This document shows, piece by piece, positions 43,168 through 56,612 of a stretch of DNA of 64,000 nt. The notes under the pieces were generated by a model. The model searched no databases, had not been told where the DNA came from, and saw nothing but the letters and a program-made list of their open reading frames with translations. Numbering within the stretch: the stretch's first letter is position 1; each line of letters opens with the position of its first letter. The DNA lies in the NCBI GenBank assembly GCA_964016885.1, contig OZ024743.1, positions 226,672,001-226,736,000 of the forward strand. Reading direction: 5' to 3'. This DNA is from Eledone cirrhosa (taxonomy: Eukaryota). The position numbers and the translations under genes were made by a program.

Positions 43168-43204
43168 GATTGGTGGTGCTCTGAAATAGCGATGTATACA
43201 TGAA

Positions 43205-43651
43205 TGTATGTATATTATATTTGGCAATATAGCGTATGTTTAATTAAAAAGATTTCGAAGACCATACGCTATCGGTTTGAAAGTAGTGACTATGTCACTT
43301 ACTTCTTTTCGGCGAAAGACGGGAGAGAAGCTAACAGTCTGTTCTACGCTGTTTGGCGATCATCAGAGCCACGCACTCCCTGTTTCCGCCAAAAATTATA
43401 GAAGCTGGATTCTTATAGAATTCCAGTAAAAATCAGGAGCTGGGTATACAGAGCGAATCGAGCTTCTATAATTTTCGGTCGAAGCAGGGAGTGCGTGGTT
43501 CTGATGATCGCCAAACAGCGTGAAACAGACTGTCAGATACTCTCCCGTCTTTTGCCGAAAAGAAGTAAGTGACAGTCACTACTTTAAAACCGATAACGTA
43601 TGGTCTTCAACATTTTTTTAATTAAACATACCGTATATTGCCAAATATACT

Positions 43652-43660
<9 letters not shown>
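43205..43660. repeat. Diverged foldback element with an HHR in each arm
   Basis: 43205-43412 vs 43455-43660 inverted; flanked by (TA)n. Confidence 0.9.
43497..43538 (+). ncRNA. Minimal type I hammerhead ribozyme (degenerate mirror at 43329-43370, -)
   Basis: CUGAUGA t cgc-caaaca-gcg t GAAA cag-a-ctg UC; stem I ggct/agct is intact in the mirror copy. Confidence 0.75.
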
Positions 43661-43746
<86 letters not shown>

Positions 43747-44652
43747 CGAATCTATTCACCCTATCCAAGCAATTAATTTTCCCTCTCTCCATCTTTTCAC
43801 ACCCCTATCATTCAAACCACACTTCCGCGGGCCAGATCTCTGTCAATAACATCAGTAACATCCCATCCACGACCACCAATACCACCAGCCTTAGCACCAT
43901 CAGGATTGATTAGACTAACTACATTAACACTAGTGATATTATCACCAATAATATCCCCTTATCACTACACAACAAACACTAATACTGATACCACAGCAAC
44001 GCTACAATCGCAAAATCATAACAGTCCCTAACACCACCACCACCACCACACTCAGATGCCCTATACGCATACAGGCGACAGTGGTCCGACTACGCAATCA
44101 CTAACGAGCCTCCACTACCACCAACAACAATATAATCACTATAAGCAGCGGTTTTAAACACCATCATCACCTTCTCATTCCAATAATGTTTTGCCTCTCA
44201 CTCTGTTGAGAAATTATCTTTAATTTCTCCAATCATCTCTCTCTTTCTCTCTCCACTCTTTCTCTCTCTCTCACTCTCTATATGTCCTATATTTTTTCCT
44301 TTCTATCCTGTATTTCTACTATCCTTTTTAGTCGACATTTGTACGCCTGGTACTCGTAAATTGCCGGACATTACCGAACGTATTTCAAGACATTTCCGTT
44401 AGTTTCACTTCAATCGATGAAAAATGAAACAACAAAAAATTAATGAAAATAAAATAAAATAGAATAAAAGTAGACGAAAACAAACTAAACACAAACCTAG
44501 CAATATAGTAAAGTCATTATAGTAACTCATTATAAATTAAACGTTCAACCTTCTCTGACCAGATAATGCCAACAACAACTATAACAATTTTTAACGTTTA
44601 CACAAGATCAGAAATTTAGTTGGATGGCTGAGTGGATTATATCGACTCTCTG

Positions 44653-45711
44653 TATTTTATTTTCTCAACTCCGGAAATATGAATAGTACAGTTGATCGCG
44701 ACAGTATTTGAACTCAGAGCGTAAAAATTGTAATTGAATAATTGTATTCAATATGTCCTTCAATTTATAAGGCGATGTGGTGTGCTGTGATTACTATTTC
44801 TTGTAGGTTGTACAGACTATGTGCATACAGCTTCATTCGCTCTAAAATGATAGCGCAAGGAAAGAGGAATAAATGAGCCACTAGAGGGTCGGGACAAATA
44901 TATTAAATTATTAACTTTAATTCATGGAACAATCTGAATTTTTGTTGCTACTCGTATTCATTGACAGAGAGCTCAAACTAGGCTGAACATATATTTGGTC
45001 ACGGGTGTCCTAGCACTGACTATTCAGTCTTTCTGTCTTTCTGTATTCAAACATTGTCATATTGGCTGATTTAGTAGGTTAAAATATTTCTCTATCTGTA
45101 TGATAAAGTTATATCTGTAGCAATTCAGAGTGTTTAACCGAGAATGCACCAGCCTATATAAATGTATACACATATCTAAATGTATACACATATCTAATAT
45201 ATAGGAAACATGTATTTGGTGGGGATATATATAAACACATTTCGGCGGGAAATGTACTTATTACAATATAGCTTAATTATAAAGGTATAATATTATACAT
45301 CTCTGTCTCTCTCTCTCTCGCTCTCTCTCCCTCTCTCTCTCTATCTATCTATCGCTATCTCTCTCTCTTTATATCTCTCTCTTTCGCTCTCTCTACATCT
45401 TTGTGTGTATATATCTATATATATATCTATCTATCTATCTATATATATATATATATATATACAAAGAGAGAGAGAGATAAGGAGAGAGAGAGAGAGAGAG
45501 TGCCATGGTAGAGCCAATGAAGCTGTATGCACATAATCTGTACAACCTACAAGAAATAGTAATCACATCTCATTCAGAGCACACCACATCGCCTTATAAA
45601 TTGAAGGACATATTGAATACAATTATTCAATTACGATGTTTACGCTCTGAGTTCAAATACTGTCGCGATCAACTCTACTATTCATATTTCGGGAGTTGAG
45701 AAAATAAAATA
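44653..45711. repeat. Local inverted duplication, ~195-bp arms
   Basis: 44653-44844 vs 45509-45711; includes part of an old SINE plus its flank. Confidence 0.9.
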
Positions 45712-45872
45712 TATATAAATATAAAAAATAGTAAGGATAGAAAGACATAGAAATATACATCCGACAATAGGGGATATAATACCATCAGTTTAAAGAATAT
45801 ATAAACTACGGATGGAACGGTATATAGAAATTAACTAAAAGGATGAATGGAAGTGTACAAAGCATCCATTGT

Positions 45873-46060
45873 CGATTGGCAGTATCGGTAGAGGGTCGGA
45901 CGCCATGCTTTGCAGCAAAGAGTAAAAGGCCCTTTATGGTCTGAGTTCAAATCCCGCCAAGGTTAACTTTGCATTTCATCCTTACGGCGTCGATAAAATA
46001 AAGTACCAGTAATACACTGAAATAATTGCTGGCCTTGTGCCAAGAGTAGAAACAATTATA
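45873..46060 (+). mobile_element. SINE family A
   Basis: Full family sequence. Confidence 0.9.
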
Positions 46061-46226
46061 ACTATATACACCCTAAAATAATCAAAGCATATATATGTAT
46101 ATATATTTATTTCTCTCTATATACATATATTTTTTTAGTTTGTAGATTCCCGAACTGTGTCGGTGGGGTGAAGTAGGGGTAACAATATTTTAAAATGGCA
46201 CTGAATATTTTAGTAGAGTACATGGC

Positions 46227-46271
46227 TTCTACAGGACTAGAACTGTTTCTTTAATATGAAATCATCAGGAA
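46227..46271 (-). ncRNA. Type I hammerhead ribozyme in a mini-foldback
   Basis: ttc CUGAUGA tttcatattaaa GAAA cag-ttctagtc-ctg UA gaa; inverted partial copy at 46282-46314. Confidence 0.6.
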
Positions 46272-46346
46272 TATCCAGGACATTCCTGATTGTTTCATAC
46301 ATATGAAATAGTTCTCTCTCTCTCTCTCCCTATATATATATATATG

Positions 46347-46382
<36 letters not shown>

Positions 46383-46921
46383 AAAGAATAGAGGTGTAAC
46401 ACACAAGTTATTATATATTGGTAAACGGAATAGAAAATGCTGACAAATTGTTCACAGTTGAAAAATGGTTTAATTAGGAATAAAGGAGTATTAGTAATTG
46501 TATGGGTTAGTATTCAGTTGTGGTTTTAAGTTTTTAAGTTTTTACCGGTTGCGCATTTCTAAATGCTTTTCAAAAATAATTTTGAGATAGAGTGTCCGTG
46601 TTGTTTGCTCTGATCTGATTAGTTTTGGGAATTCTACCTGTTTTTATGTTAAAAAAGTGACTCCAGCGCTACTTTGGTGTTGCAAAAATTCTTGTGGTCA
46701 AAACAATTTTGATTGGTCGGTAGAGGTCATGTGAATGTAAAAAATTGATTTAGCGCCAAGACTGTTTTTATGTTAAGTCTATTCGTAAATGTGGGGGATA
46801 GGTGTGATCTGGTGTTAGAACTGGTTTTGTGTGTGTATGTGTGAGAGAGAATAAGTGGAGATCTAAACGTATGTGTGTGTGTAGGGGGTGGGGGTGTGTA
46901 AATATGGGGCTAGAAGCCCTA

Positions 46922-49504
46922 TCAGGTTATAAATTAGGTGTTGAGTTCTAGTCTATTATTGATTGGTGGTTGTGTTTTATCTATAATTAGTGCTTCCTTA
47001 TTTCTAAGATTGCCGAGGTTTCTTTCCTTAGTTTCTATCTTAACTGTTATGGTTTTGTCGGTGTTTTTGCATTTAACTAGGTGTTTCTTAAATGAGGAAG
47101 CGTGAGTATTGAGGTGTTCTTTTATTCTTATGTGGAGTGGTCTGGTGGTGCTACCTACGTAGAAGTTGTTGCATTTGTCACACTCTAGTCTGTATACGAC
47201 GTAAGCCTGGTGGCATAGGTCTGTGTCGTTGATAGGGCAGTTGGCTAGTCTGCAGCAGTTGTCATGTCTGGTGGAGTGTCTTTTGGTTAGCTGTCCGCGT
47301 AGAGAAGGACCTGAGTGGGCCAGTTAGATATCTAGTCCCTCTAGTCTGATGGCTCTGCGGATGGCTGTTGTTGTTTCTTCACTGAAGTGTGGGAGCTTCA
47401 GGAAGCAAGTGTTAGTGCCTCGGGTGTGGTGTCCTCTGTTCTTTCTGGCACGGTTTGTGGTGGATGTCGTGTATCCGTTCAGTTTGAGTACTTCCAGGAA
47501 ATGTGTGGTGTGTGTGTCTCGGTCTCTAGCGTCGGTGCATTTGTTCCGGATACGTGCCAGTTCGTTCCTTATGTATCCGAACTTGGCACCGAGTAGGAGG
47601 GCCGATCTGAAATGTACGAACAGGTCCCTGCTGGCGGCTTTTTTATAGAAGCAGGTCTGGATGTTGCCTTCCTCTGTTACCCTGAGTTGGAAGTCCAGTA
47701 GGGATAGGGATCCGCGGTCATCGGAGTGTTCCATGCTGAACTTTATACTGGCGTCCATGCTGGAGAATGTTGTATATATTTTATCTGCCTCCTCACGGGA
47801 TGATGTAAGGATGAGTATGTCATCTACATATCGGGCGAAGAAGGCATGGGAATGGCAGGTGTTGAGGGCTCGGCATTCCAGCTGGTTCATGTAGGTGATG
47901 GCAAGCAGGCCCGATAGGCTGGATCCCATGGGTAATCCTGTTGTCTGTCTGTATGTGTGGTGGTGGAAGGTGAAGTACGTGTTGTCTACTGTGAAGGACA
48001 ACAGCTGGTGTATGTCCGTCGGGTGGAGGCCGTAGCAGTGGATGTCCTCTGCGACCACGCAGTCCGTCAATAAATCGACAGCTGGATGAGCGGGGACTGT
48101 TGTGTAGAGGGAGACAACGTCGAGGCTAAAAGCGTATTTATTTAGTTTAAGTTGTTCTGGCTGGAGTTGGTGTAGTCTACGTATAACTTCGTCGGAGCTA
48201 CTGACATGCCCGGGAAAGGTGGAGAGTAGAGGCTTGAGGACCTGGGAGAGAAGCCAGGAAATTTTGTATAGGGGTCCTTCTATGCTAGAGACGATGGATC
48301 TTATTTCTGTCTCAGTACTATTCTTGTGGGTCTTGATGAGGTGGTAGAAATTGGGCAGTCTGCTATTTCTAGTGGTGTAGTTGAGCTTAACTTTATTTGG
48401 GAGTTGTCTTCTCCTACAGATATCGAACCAAATGGAGTTGGTCTGATTTTCGATCTGGGCTGCAGTCATGTCCCGGATCTCTGTGTATAATTCATTGTCG
48501 CTTAGGTGTTCAAAGGCTAGGTTATTGTATGTGGCTTGAGAGATGACGCAAAACTCTTTACCTTTGTCGGATGGTAAGTATATAAGTTCCCTATTCCGTA
48601 GGTTCTTCAGGGCGAGTTGTTGTGTCCTGGAAAGGTTTGAGGCTATCTTCTTCTGTTTCCGTAAGATGTTAAATACGGAATGTTTTAGTCTCGAGAGTTT
48701 TTCTTCAAGCTCGCGGTTGGCAGGCGGTGGAAAGAGTGGGCGATCTAGTTGGTATATCGGGAATCTGGGTTTGATGGATTCCGTGGTGTTGTTGTCGAGA
48801 GTCGATATCCATTTTAGTTGGTAGGCAGCCCGACAGAAATTCGTTTCTATGTCGAGCCATAATTTGTCGTCCAGTCTCTGTTTCAATATGAATTTGGGAC
48901 CCAGGCTGAGGAGGTCTAATTCCTCTCGGGAGAGGGATCCTGTCAAGTCTGTGACGAGGTGGTTTGTGTCAGGTGTGTTGTTGGTCGGGGCGCCGCTAGG
49001 TTCGGTGCTGGTACCGTCTTGTTCGCCTCTGTTGGTGTTTAGAGTTGGGATGTTGTTAAGACAGTTGGCCGTCCTGAGTTTGAGAAATGTTTGCGTTAGA
49101 CGTATTTTCTCGTAGTCTCGGCGATGGTGGTATGACCTGTCTATAGCGGCGGAGATGACTCTGGACAGAGGTTCTGGGGTTTCAGCGAGTTGTGGTACAA
49201 GGCTGGAAATAGTCCGTATGTGATGTTGTAGCGTGCGGTGTAGGTGTTGTATGAGTTTTCTTAGGCAGCATTTTTGTATGTAACTGAGTGATCGTTTGAG
49301 TGCTGGTGATTTGAAGCATGTTGGTAGGTGCACATTTTTGATAGTTTTGGGGATGATGTTGTTATTCAGGCATCGTTTTAGGAAGTTTATTTGGCAGCCG
49401 GCTTTGGCGCGCTTTTCAGATAGCTGGAAGAGTTTCTTTACAGTTGTGAACTGGGCCTGGCTCAGGCGTAAGGAAAGGAGGAGGTTATAGTTCACTTGAA
49501 GCAT
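46922..49504 (-). pseudogene. PLE reverse transcriptase + GIY-YIG ORF (861 codons), two premature TAA
   Basis: SDKG, FYHLIKTHK, SLDVVSLYT, GLPMGS, RYVDD, VVY..C..C..YVGST.R motifs; TAA at 47324-47326 and 46934-46936 are CAA in the mirror copy. Confidence 0.95.
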
Positions 49505-49567
49505 TGTGTAATGAGGTATAAACGTTTGAATATGTATAATAAAGCCAAAACAATGCAGGTATGGACA

Positions 49568-50460
49568 TCATCCTTACATCATCCCGTGAGGAGGCAGATA
49601 AAATATATACAACATTCTCCAGCATGGACGCCAGTATAAAGTTCAGCATGGAACACCCCGATAACCGCGGATCCCTATCCCTACTGGACTTCCAACTCAG
49701 GGTAACAGAGGAAGGCAACATCCACACCTGCTTCTATAAAAAAGCCGCCAGCAGGGACCTGTTCGTACATTTCAGATCGGCTCTCCCACTCGGTGCCAAG
49801 TTCGGATACATAAGGAACGAACTGGCACGTATCCGGAACAAATGCACCGACGCTAGAGACCGAGACACACACACCACACATTTCCTGGAAATACTCAAAC
49901 TGAACGGATACACGACATCCACCACAAACCGTGCCAAAAAGAACAGAGGACACCACACCCGAGGCACTAACACTTGCTTCCTGAAGCTCCCACACTTCAG
50001 TGAAGAAACAACAACAGCCATCCGCAGAGCCATCAGACTAGAGGGACTAGATATCCAACTGGCCCACTCAGGTCCTTCTCTACGCGGACAGCTAACCAAA
50101 AGACACTCCCCCAGACATGACAACTGCTGCAGACTAGCCAACTGCCCCATCAACGACACAGACCTATGCCACCAGGCTTACGTCGTATGCAGACTAGAGT
50201 GTGACAAATGCAACAACTTCTACGTAGGTAGCACCACCAGACCACTCCACATAAGAATAAAAGAACACCTCAATACTAACGCTTCCTCATTTAAGAAAGA
50301 CCTAGTTAAATGCAAAAACACCGACAAAACCATAACAGTTAGGATAGAAACTAAGGAAAGAAACCTCGGCAATCTTAGAATTAAGGAAGCACTAATTATA
50401 GATAAAACACAACCACCAATCAATAATAGACTAGAACTCAACATCCAATTTATAACCTGA
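49568..50460 (+). pseudogene. 5'-truncated inverted PLE ORF (RT C-terminus + GIY-YIG)
   Basis: 299-aa ORF nearly identical to the C-terminal third of the minus-strand ORF. Confidence 0.95.
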
Positions 50461-50872
50461 TAGGGCTTCTAGCCCCATATTTAAACCCCCCCCACACACA
50501 CGCTTACACCTCCACTTATTCTCTCTCACACATACACACACAAAACCAGTTCTAACACCAGATAACACCTATCCCCCACATTTACGAATAGACTTATCTT
50601 CTCACACTCACACACACACACACTCACATACTTACACCTTCATGCATTCTCCCACACACTTAAACAGGCATGTATATAAAAACAACCCTAAACAAACCCC
50701 TTCTAATTAGGTTAAAATTAGGTGGATAAAGAGTAGTCTCCTAAAGGGAGACTACTCTTTATCCACCTAATTTTAACTCGTTGACATTAGAGATAGAACA
50801 GATACTCTATACTATTTCCTGTCAGCATGGCTTTGCAAGATATTTAGAAGGCTGGTTTGAGACCTTTATTTC

Positions 50873-50907
50873 CCTCTGATGAAGAGATATTATCTCGAAA
50901 ATTAAGG
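50873..50907 (+). ncRNA. Minimal type I hammerhead ribozyme in the pLTR
   Basis: cct CUGAUGA a gagata-t-tatctc GAAA at UA agg; ~135 nt upstream of the ORF ATG copy. Confidence 0.7.
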
Positions 50908-51067
50908 ACATTTAAATAAATCTAAGGTAAAAGACAAATTGTCAATAATATCATTTGCAATTGCATTCTTTTTTTCTATGTCCATACCTGCATTGTTTTG
51001 GCTTTATTATACATATTCAAACGTTTATACCTCATTACACAATGCTTCAAGTGAACTATAACCTCCT

Positions 51068-51140
<73 letters not shown>

Positions 51141-51660
51141 TATATCCATGATTACATAGATAGATAGATGTATACATACATACATACATTCATATATACA
51201 TACGTACATACATATATACATACATATATATATATAGATACTTATGTATTTATGTATATTTACAACAGTATGCACAACCTGCTTTCATATATTAACAATG
51301 AAATTTGGGAAATTGCGCAGTCATTCGTGTTATACGCGCAGCAATCTACCCTCATAATTTAACATCCTGTTTTAATATATATTCAGATATACTCGTGTAC
51401 ATACATATATGTATATATATATGTATGTGTATATATGTGTGTGTATATATGTGTGTGTGGGAGTGTGCGTGTACGTGTGTGAGTGCGTCTGTGCTTGTAT
51501 GTATATGTATATATCTCTTCTAATGTGCAATCACTTAAGACATCATCTCACGCTCGTTTTGTCTTTGCAGGCATCGGTTAACTCTCGGTTTCTGTGTCTC
51601 TCACCTCCCTGTATCTCTCTAAGTACACCACACACACCTATATATATATATATATATAAG

Positions 51661-51717
<57 letters not shown>

Positions 51718-51720
<3 letters not shown>

Positions 51721-52175
51721 TTTGAGTTTATGTTGGTTGTATACCAACACCTCAGTATGCAGGCTGGAGCACTCGACGAAGTGCGCAGGTTGGTTTGGTT
51801 ACTCCGGAGTAGTGTAAAATAAAGTTAAATAAAAGTCAAATGATTAAAATTTAGCAATTTAAATAAAAGTCAAATGATTAAAATTTAGCAATTTAAATAA
51901 AAGTCAAATGATTAAAATTTAGCAATTTCCCAAATTTCATTGTTAATATATGAAAGCAGGTTGTGCATACTGTTGTAAATATACATAAATACATAAGTAT
52001 CTATATATATATATGTATGTATATATGTATGTACGTATGTATATATGAATGTATGTATGTATGTATACATCTATCTATCTGAAGAGGTCACAGCCAAAGA
52101 TGGCTGTCACTGAAATATATATAGCAGTAATAAACGAAGCTAAATTTTAATCATTTGACTTTTATTTAACTTTAT

Positions 52176-52206
<31 letters not shown>

Positions 52207-52232
52207 GTATATATATATATATTACACTAACT
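51718..52232. mobile_element. Foldback pLTR insertion with templated filler
   Basis: 51818-51855 mirrors 52139-52176; 34-bp unit x3 (51825-51928); 159-bp inverted copy of host 51158-51316; HHR core at 52079. Confidence 0.8.
52079..52127 (+). ncRNA. Hammerhead ribozyme core lacking the 5' strand of stem I
   Basis: CUGAAGA ggt c acagcca-aaga-tggctgt c act GAAA tatata UA. Confidence 0.65.
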
Positions 52233-52459
52233 CTCCTTACGCACGTATCCTATTTAACGATTACATACAAATACGCAGATATATTATGCACATATATAAT
52301 AAACAGATATGTGTACTTGTAACATTATATGTAATATATCATGTAATATATTGAATATATAAATGAATGAATACAGGTGAGTGTCTATATATATATCTCA
52401 CCTCTCTCCATATGTCTAAGTACCCCCCACACATATATACATATATATATATATACTCA

Positions 52460-52543
<84 letters not shown>

Positions 52544-52593
52544 CATATATAAATAGACATATATGTATATAGACATATATATATATATAGACA

Positions 52594-52674
<81 letters not shown>

Positions 52675-52715
52675 GTATATATATATATATATCTATATAT
52701 ATGTATATATATCTC

Positions 52716-52836
<121 letters not shown>

Positions 52837-55371
52837 GCATATATATATATATATATACTCATATATATATGTGTGTGTGTGTCTGCATTGATATTAACGT
52901 TCCGTAGTCATATGAAATTTATACATGTAAATTATAATATATTACTTATTATGAATGTATATATATATAAATACATGTGTGTGTGCGCGCGCGCGAGTGT
53001 GTGTGTGTGTCTGTATCTTAACGTAGATGACAAGCTAGCGAGTGATGATATGGATACATAATCTCACCATTTCCTCAAATTAACAACCACCAATGTTAGA
53101 AGAATGTAATACAATGATAAATAAGCCATCTTATATTTTTCAGGGACTGAATATTTGTATGTATGTAAGTATGTGTGTGTATGTATGTATGTTTGTATAT
53201 ATGTAAGAATTCATAAATGTATGTATGTATATGTTGTTGTCTTTCTCTCAATTTTGAGTACATATTTGATCGGTCAGCTTCCTGGTGGCACGGTTGTAAA
53301 AGAAAAGAAATTGTCATCCCTTGATGGTTTAGTAAATTTGAAGGTGACAGATATCGCGGGCAATTGTAGTCTCTGAATTTAGGAGCTGCGTTCTTTGTCC
53401 ACAAATCCAAGTTCAGCCATACGTTGGTCCATGTGGGTTAGTATATAACCTTATGTACGCTGCGTTGTATTTGTTGTATACAGATATTATATTACGTTGT
53501 AGTAGAAGCTGATATAAATATTATACTCTGTAGTTGGAATACTCACTGACATGTGAGTTAAATTGGGTATACAGAAACTGTGTGGAAGCCCGTAATTCAG
53601 ATATTTAGTGGTTCCACATATTGATTTGACTTGGAGAATACATTAAGTTAATACGTGTCTGCAGAATAATGAGTCGATTGCACTCTGATATGATAGGTCT
53701 GATGTTCAGTTGACCTTATGTATGTATTTATGTATGTAGGTTTGAATTTATGTATGTATGCTCAATTATGATCAATGTTTTGCTAGACATCAACAACTAG
53801 CTGCGTGGAAAATATCACTGAGATGTTATTCAATGATATAGTCTTTACATCGTTGCTCCTACTGGCCAAATCTTTTCAAATTTCACACTCAACTTTAATG
53901 GACCCCAGTTGCTTCCTCGATGAGTGTTCAAGATGTCACATTCAACGGGACAACCTACTTATGAAATTTATATTTAAGTGGCTGAACATTCAAAAGAGAT
54001 GTGCACCCATAACACAATTATCACTTTGACAGAATGTCTGGCAAGGCTGGCGTTTTGGATTACGGATACCATCCGATGAAACTGACTCCCAAACAGTTTA
54101 CGCCTGCACGATTACACACACAAGTCATTAGTACATCTTAGCCTGTGGGAAATGACACTTGCCCTAGATGCTACATACTTTTGTCGAAACCATGATCTAT
54201 TTAACACCGAGCGAACTTTTCAACCTTTCTGCTATGATGCGTCTACAGTTTATATCTACATCTTAGAAAAGTGGACAAGACGGGCTTCTTGATTTTTGTT
54301 CTACTCAATGAGATATGGCCAGACTCTCACTAACAACAGTAATAACCTTGAATTCCACTCCCACTTACTAAATATAACTATTTGTATACAACCACTTAAC
54401 TTACTAGAAATGACAACTAATCCTTCCTCAAATCAAACCCGTTTCTCATGGTATATTACAAGCCAAGGAATAATGCATTTGACTTGTTTAAAAGAAAAAA
54501 TATATATATGATAGCCCCGAATGGCATGTCATTCAACATAAGCCAGAGTAATGTGGGTTGGCCTCGATCAAAATAACAACAAACTACACCTGCATCACCG
54601 CTGCTACCCACAACTATCTACAATCCTCACCACCACTAAAAATACAAGTAATAGCAGCCACTTTCACTTCTATAACCACCACATATAATCATATAACTGA
54701 ACTACCTCTTCGACAGCTATACATAACCATGTAAACTAGAACTAATACAGCCAACACCACCTTTAAAATACCCATCCAGTGAACTGCCACCTTTATTAAC
54801 ACAAACACATGTAACTACTACGGCCATCCAACAACAACCGCGCATAGCCATCTACAGGAGATTTGTCTCTACTACTAACACAATGTAACCATCATTATCA
54901 CCTCAATGGGATGTAACTCACAATATCACCATTATTATTGGAACCATATATAATCATCACTACAGCAACAAGAACTACATATACGTAACATAAGGAATAT
55001 AACTCCACCACCAACAACTCAACACAACCACCACAACCTCTCATTACAAACAATATGAACTACATGACCTGCTATAAATAACAGCCAAATGTCCATCAAA
55101 TCACAACCACTGTATTAAAGAAAGATATCGTCGGATATCGTGGTCTTGTAAACACTGCATATGATACACAATCGAGATTTTAAAGTTTGGAATACATTCT
55201 AACAAGAAATACACCATCCTCCCCTCATCAACACCACAATCTAATACCATCTATAATCAGATCAACACCATTACAACAACAACCACAACAAACACAACAA
55301 CGATTACTATAAGAAATCGCTGTTTAAATTACAGAACGTTAATGGCCCATGTCACTGATACGCACATACAC

Positions 55372-56612
55372 ACTCATACACACTCTCATATATACATAGT
55401 CTCATACATTCATAAGACAAGCATATAAACATTAAGGCAAACATACACATAGACTCATCACACTCTCACATATACATAGACTCATACACACTCTCACATA
55501 TACATAGTCTCATACACACTCTCACATATACATAGTCTCATACACACTCTCACATATACATAGACTCATACACACTCTCACATATACATAGACTCATAAA
55601 ACACTCTCACATATACATAGTCTCATACACACTCTCACATATACATAGTCTCATACACACTCTCACATATACATAGTCTCATACACACTCTCCCATATAC
55701 ATAGACTCATACACACTCTCACATATACATAGTCTCATACACACTCTCACATATACATAGTCTCATACACACTCTCACATATACTTAGACTCATACACAC
55801 TCTCACATATACGTAGACTCATACACACTCTCACATATACATAGTCTCATACACACTCTCACATATACTTAGACTCATACACACTCTCACATATACTTAG
55901 ACTCATACACTCTCACATACACATAGTCTCATACACACTCTCACATATACAATCTCATACACACTCTCACATATACATAGACTCATACACACTCTCACAT
56001 ATACATAGTCTCATACACACTCTCACATACACATAGTCTCATACACACTCTCACATACACATAGACTCATACACACTCTCACATATACATAGTCTCATAC
56101 ACACTCTCACATATACTTAGACTCATACACACTCTCACATATACATAGACTCATACACACTCTCACATATACTTAGACTCATACACACTCTCACATATAC
56201 TTAGACTCATACACACTCTCACATATACAGTCTCATACACACTCTCACATATACATAGACTCATACACACTCTCACATATACATAGTCTCATACACACTC
56301 TCACATATACATAGTCTCATACACACTCTCACATACACATAGACTCATACACACTCTCACATATACATAGTCTCATACACACTCTCACATATACTTAGAC
56401 TCATACACACTCTCACATATACATAGACTCATACACACTCTCACATATACATAGACTCATACACACTCTCACATACACATAGTCTCATACACACTCTCAC
56501 ATATACATAGTCTCATACACACTCTCACATATACATAGACTCATACACACTCTCACATATACATAGTCTCATACACACTCTCACATATACATAGTCTCAT
56601 ACACACTCTCAT
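55372..56612. repeat. 28-bp minisatellite, about 40 copies
   Basis: Unit (a/t)ctcatacacactctcacatatacatag. Confidence 0.95.

Larger units (their letters stand above)
46775..51069. mobile_element. PLE: near full-length copy (-) joined head-to-head to a 5'-truncated copy with pLTR (+)
   Basis: 49568-50596 mirrors ~46775-47815; 50978-51069 mirrors 49477-49568 (5' UTR plus first ~28 nt of ORF, the classic pLTR tail); ends in (TA)n. Confidence 0.95.

Noticed and set aside
47324-47326. In-frame stop in the PLE ORF as programmed readthrough or selenocysteine
   Set aside because: It is TAA, not TGA, and the mirror copy has CAA, so it is a simple nonsense mutation.
55372-56612. CRISPR-like 28-bp repeat array
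   Set aside because: Contiguous tandem units without spacers, no cas genes, eukaryotic context.
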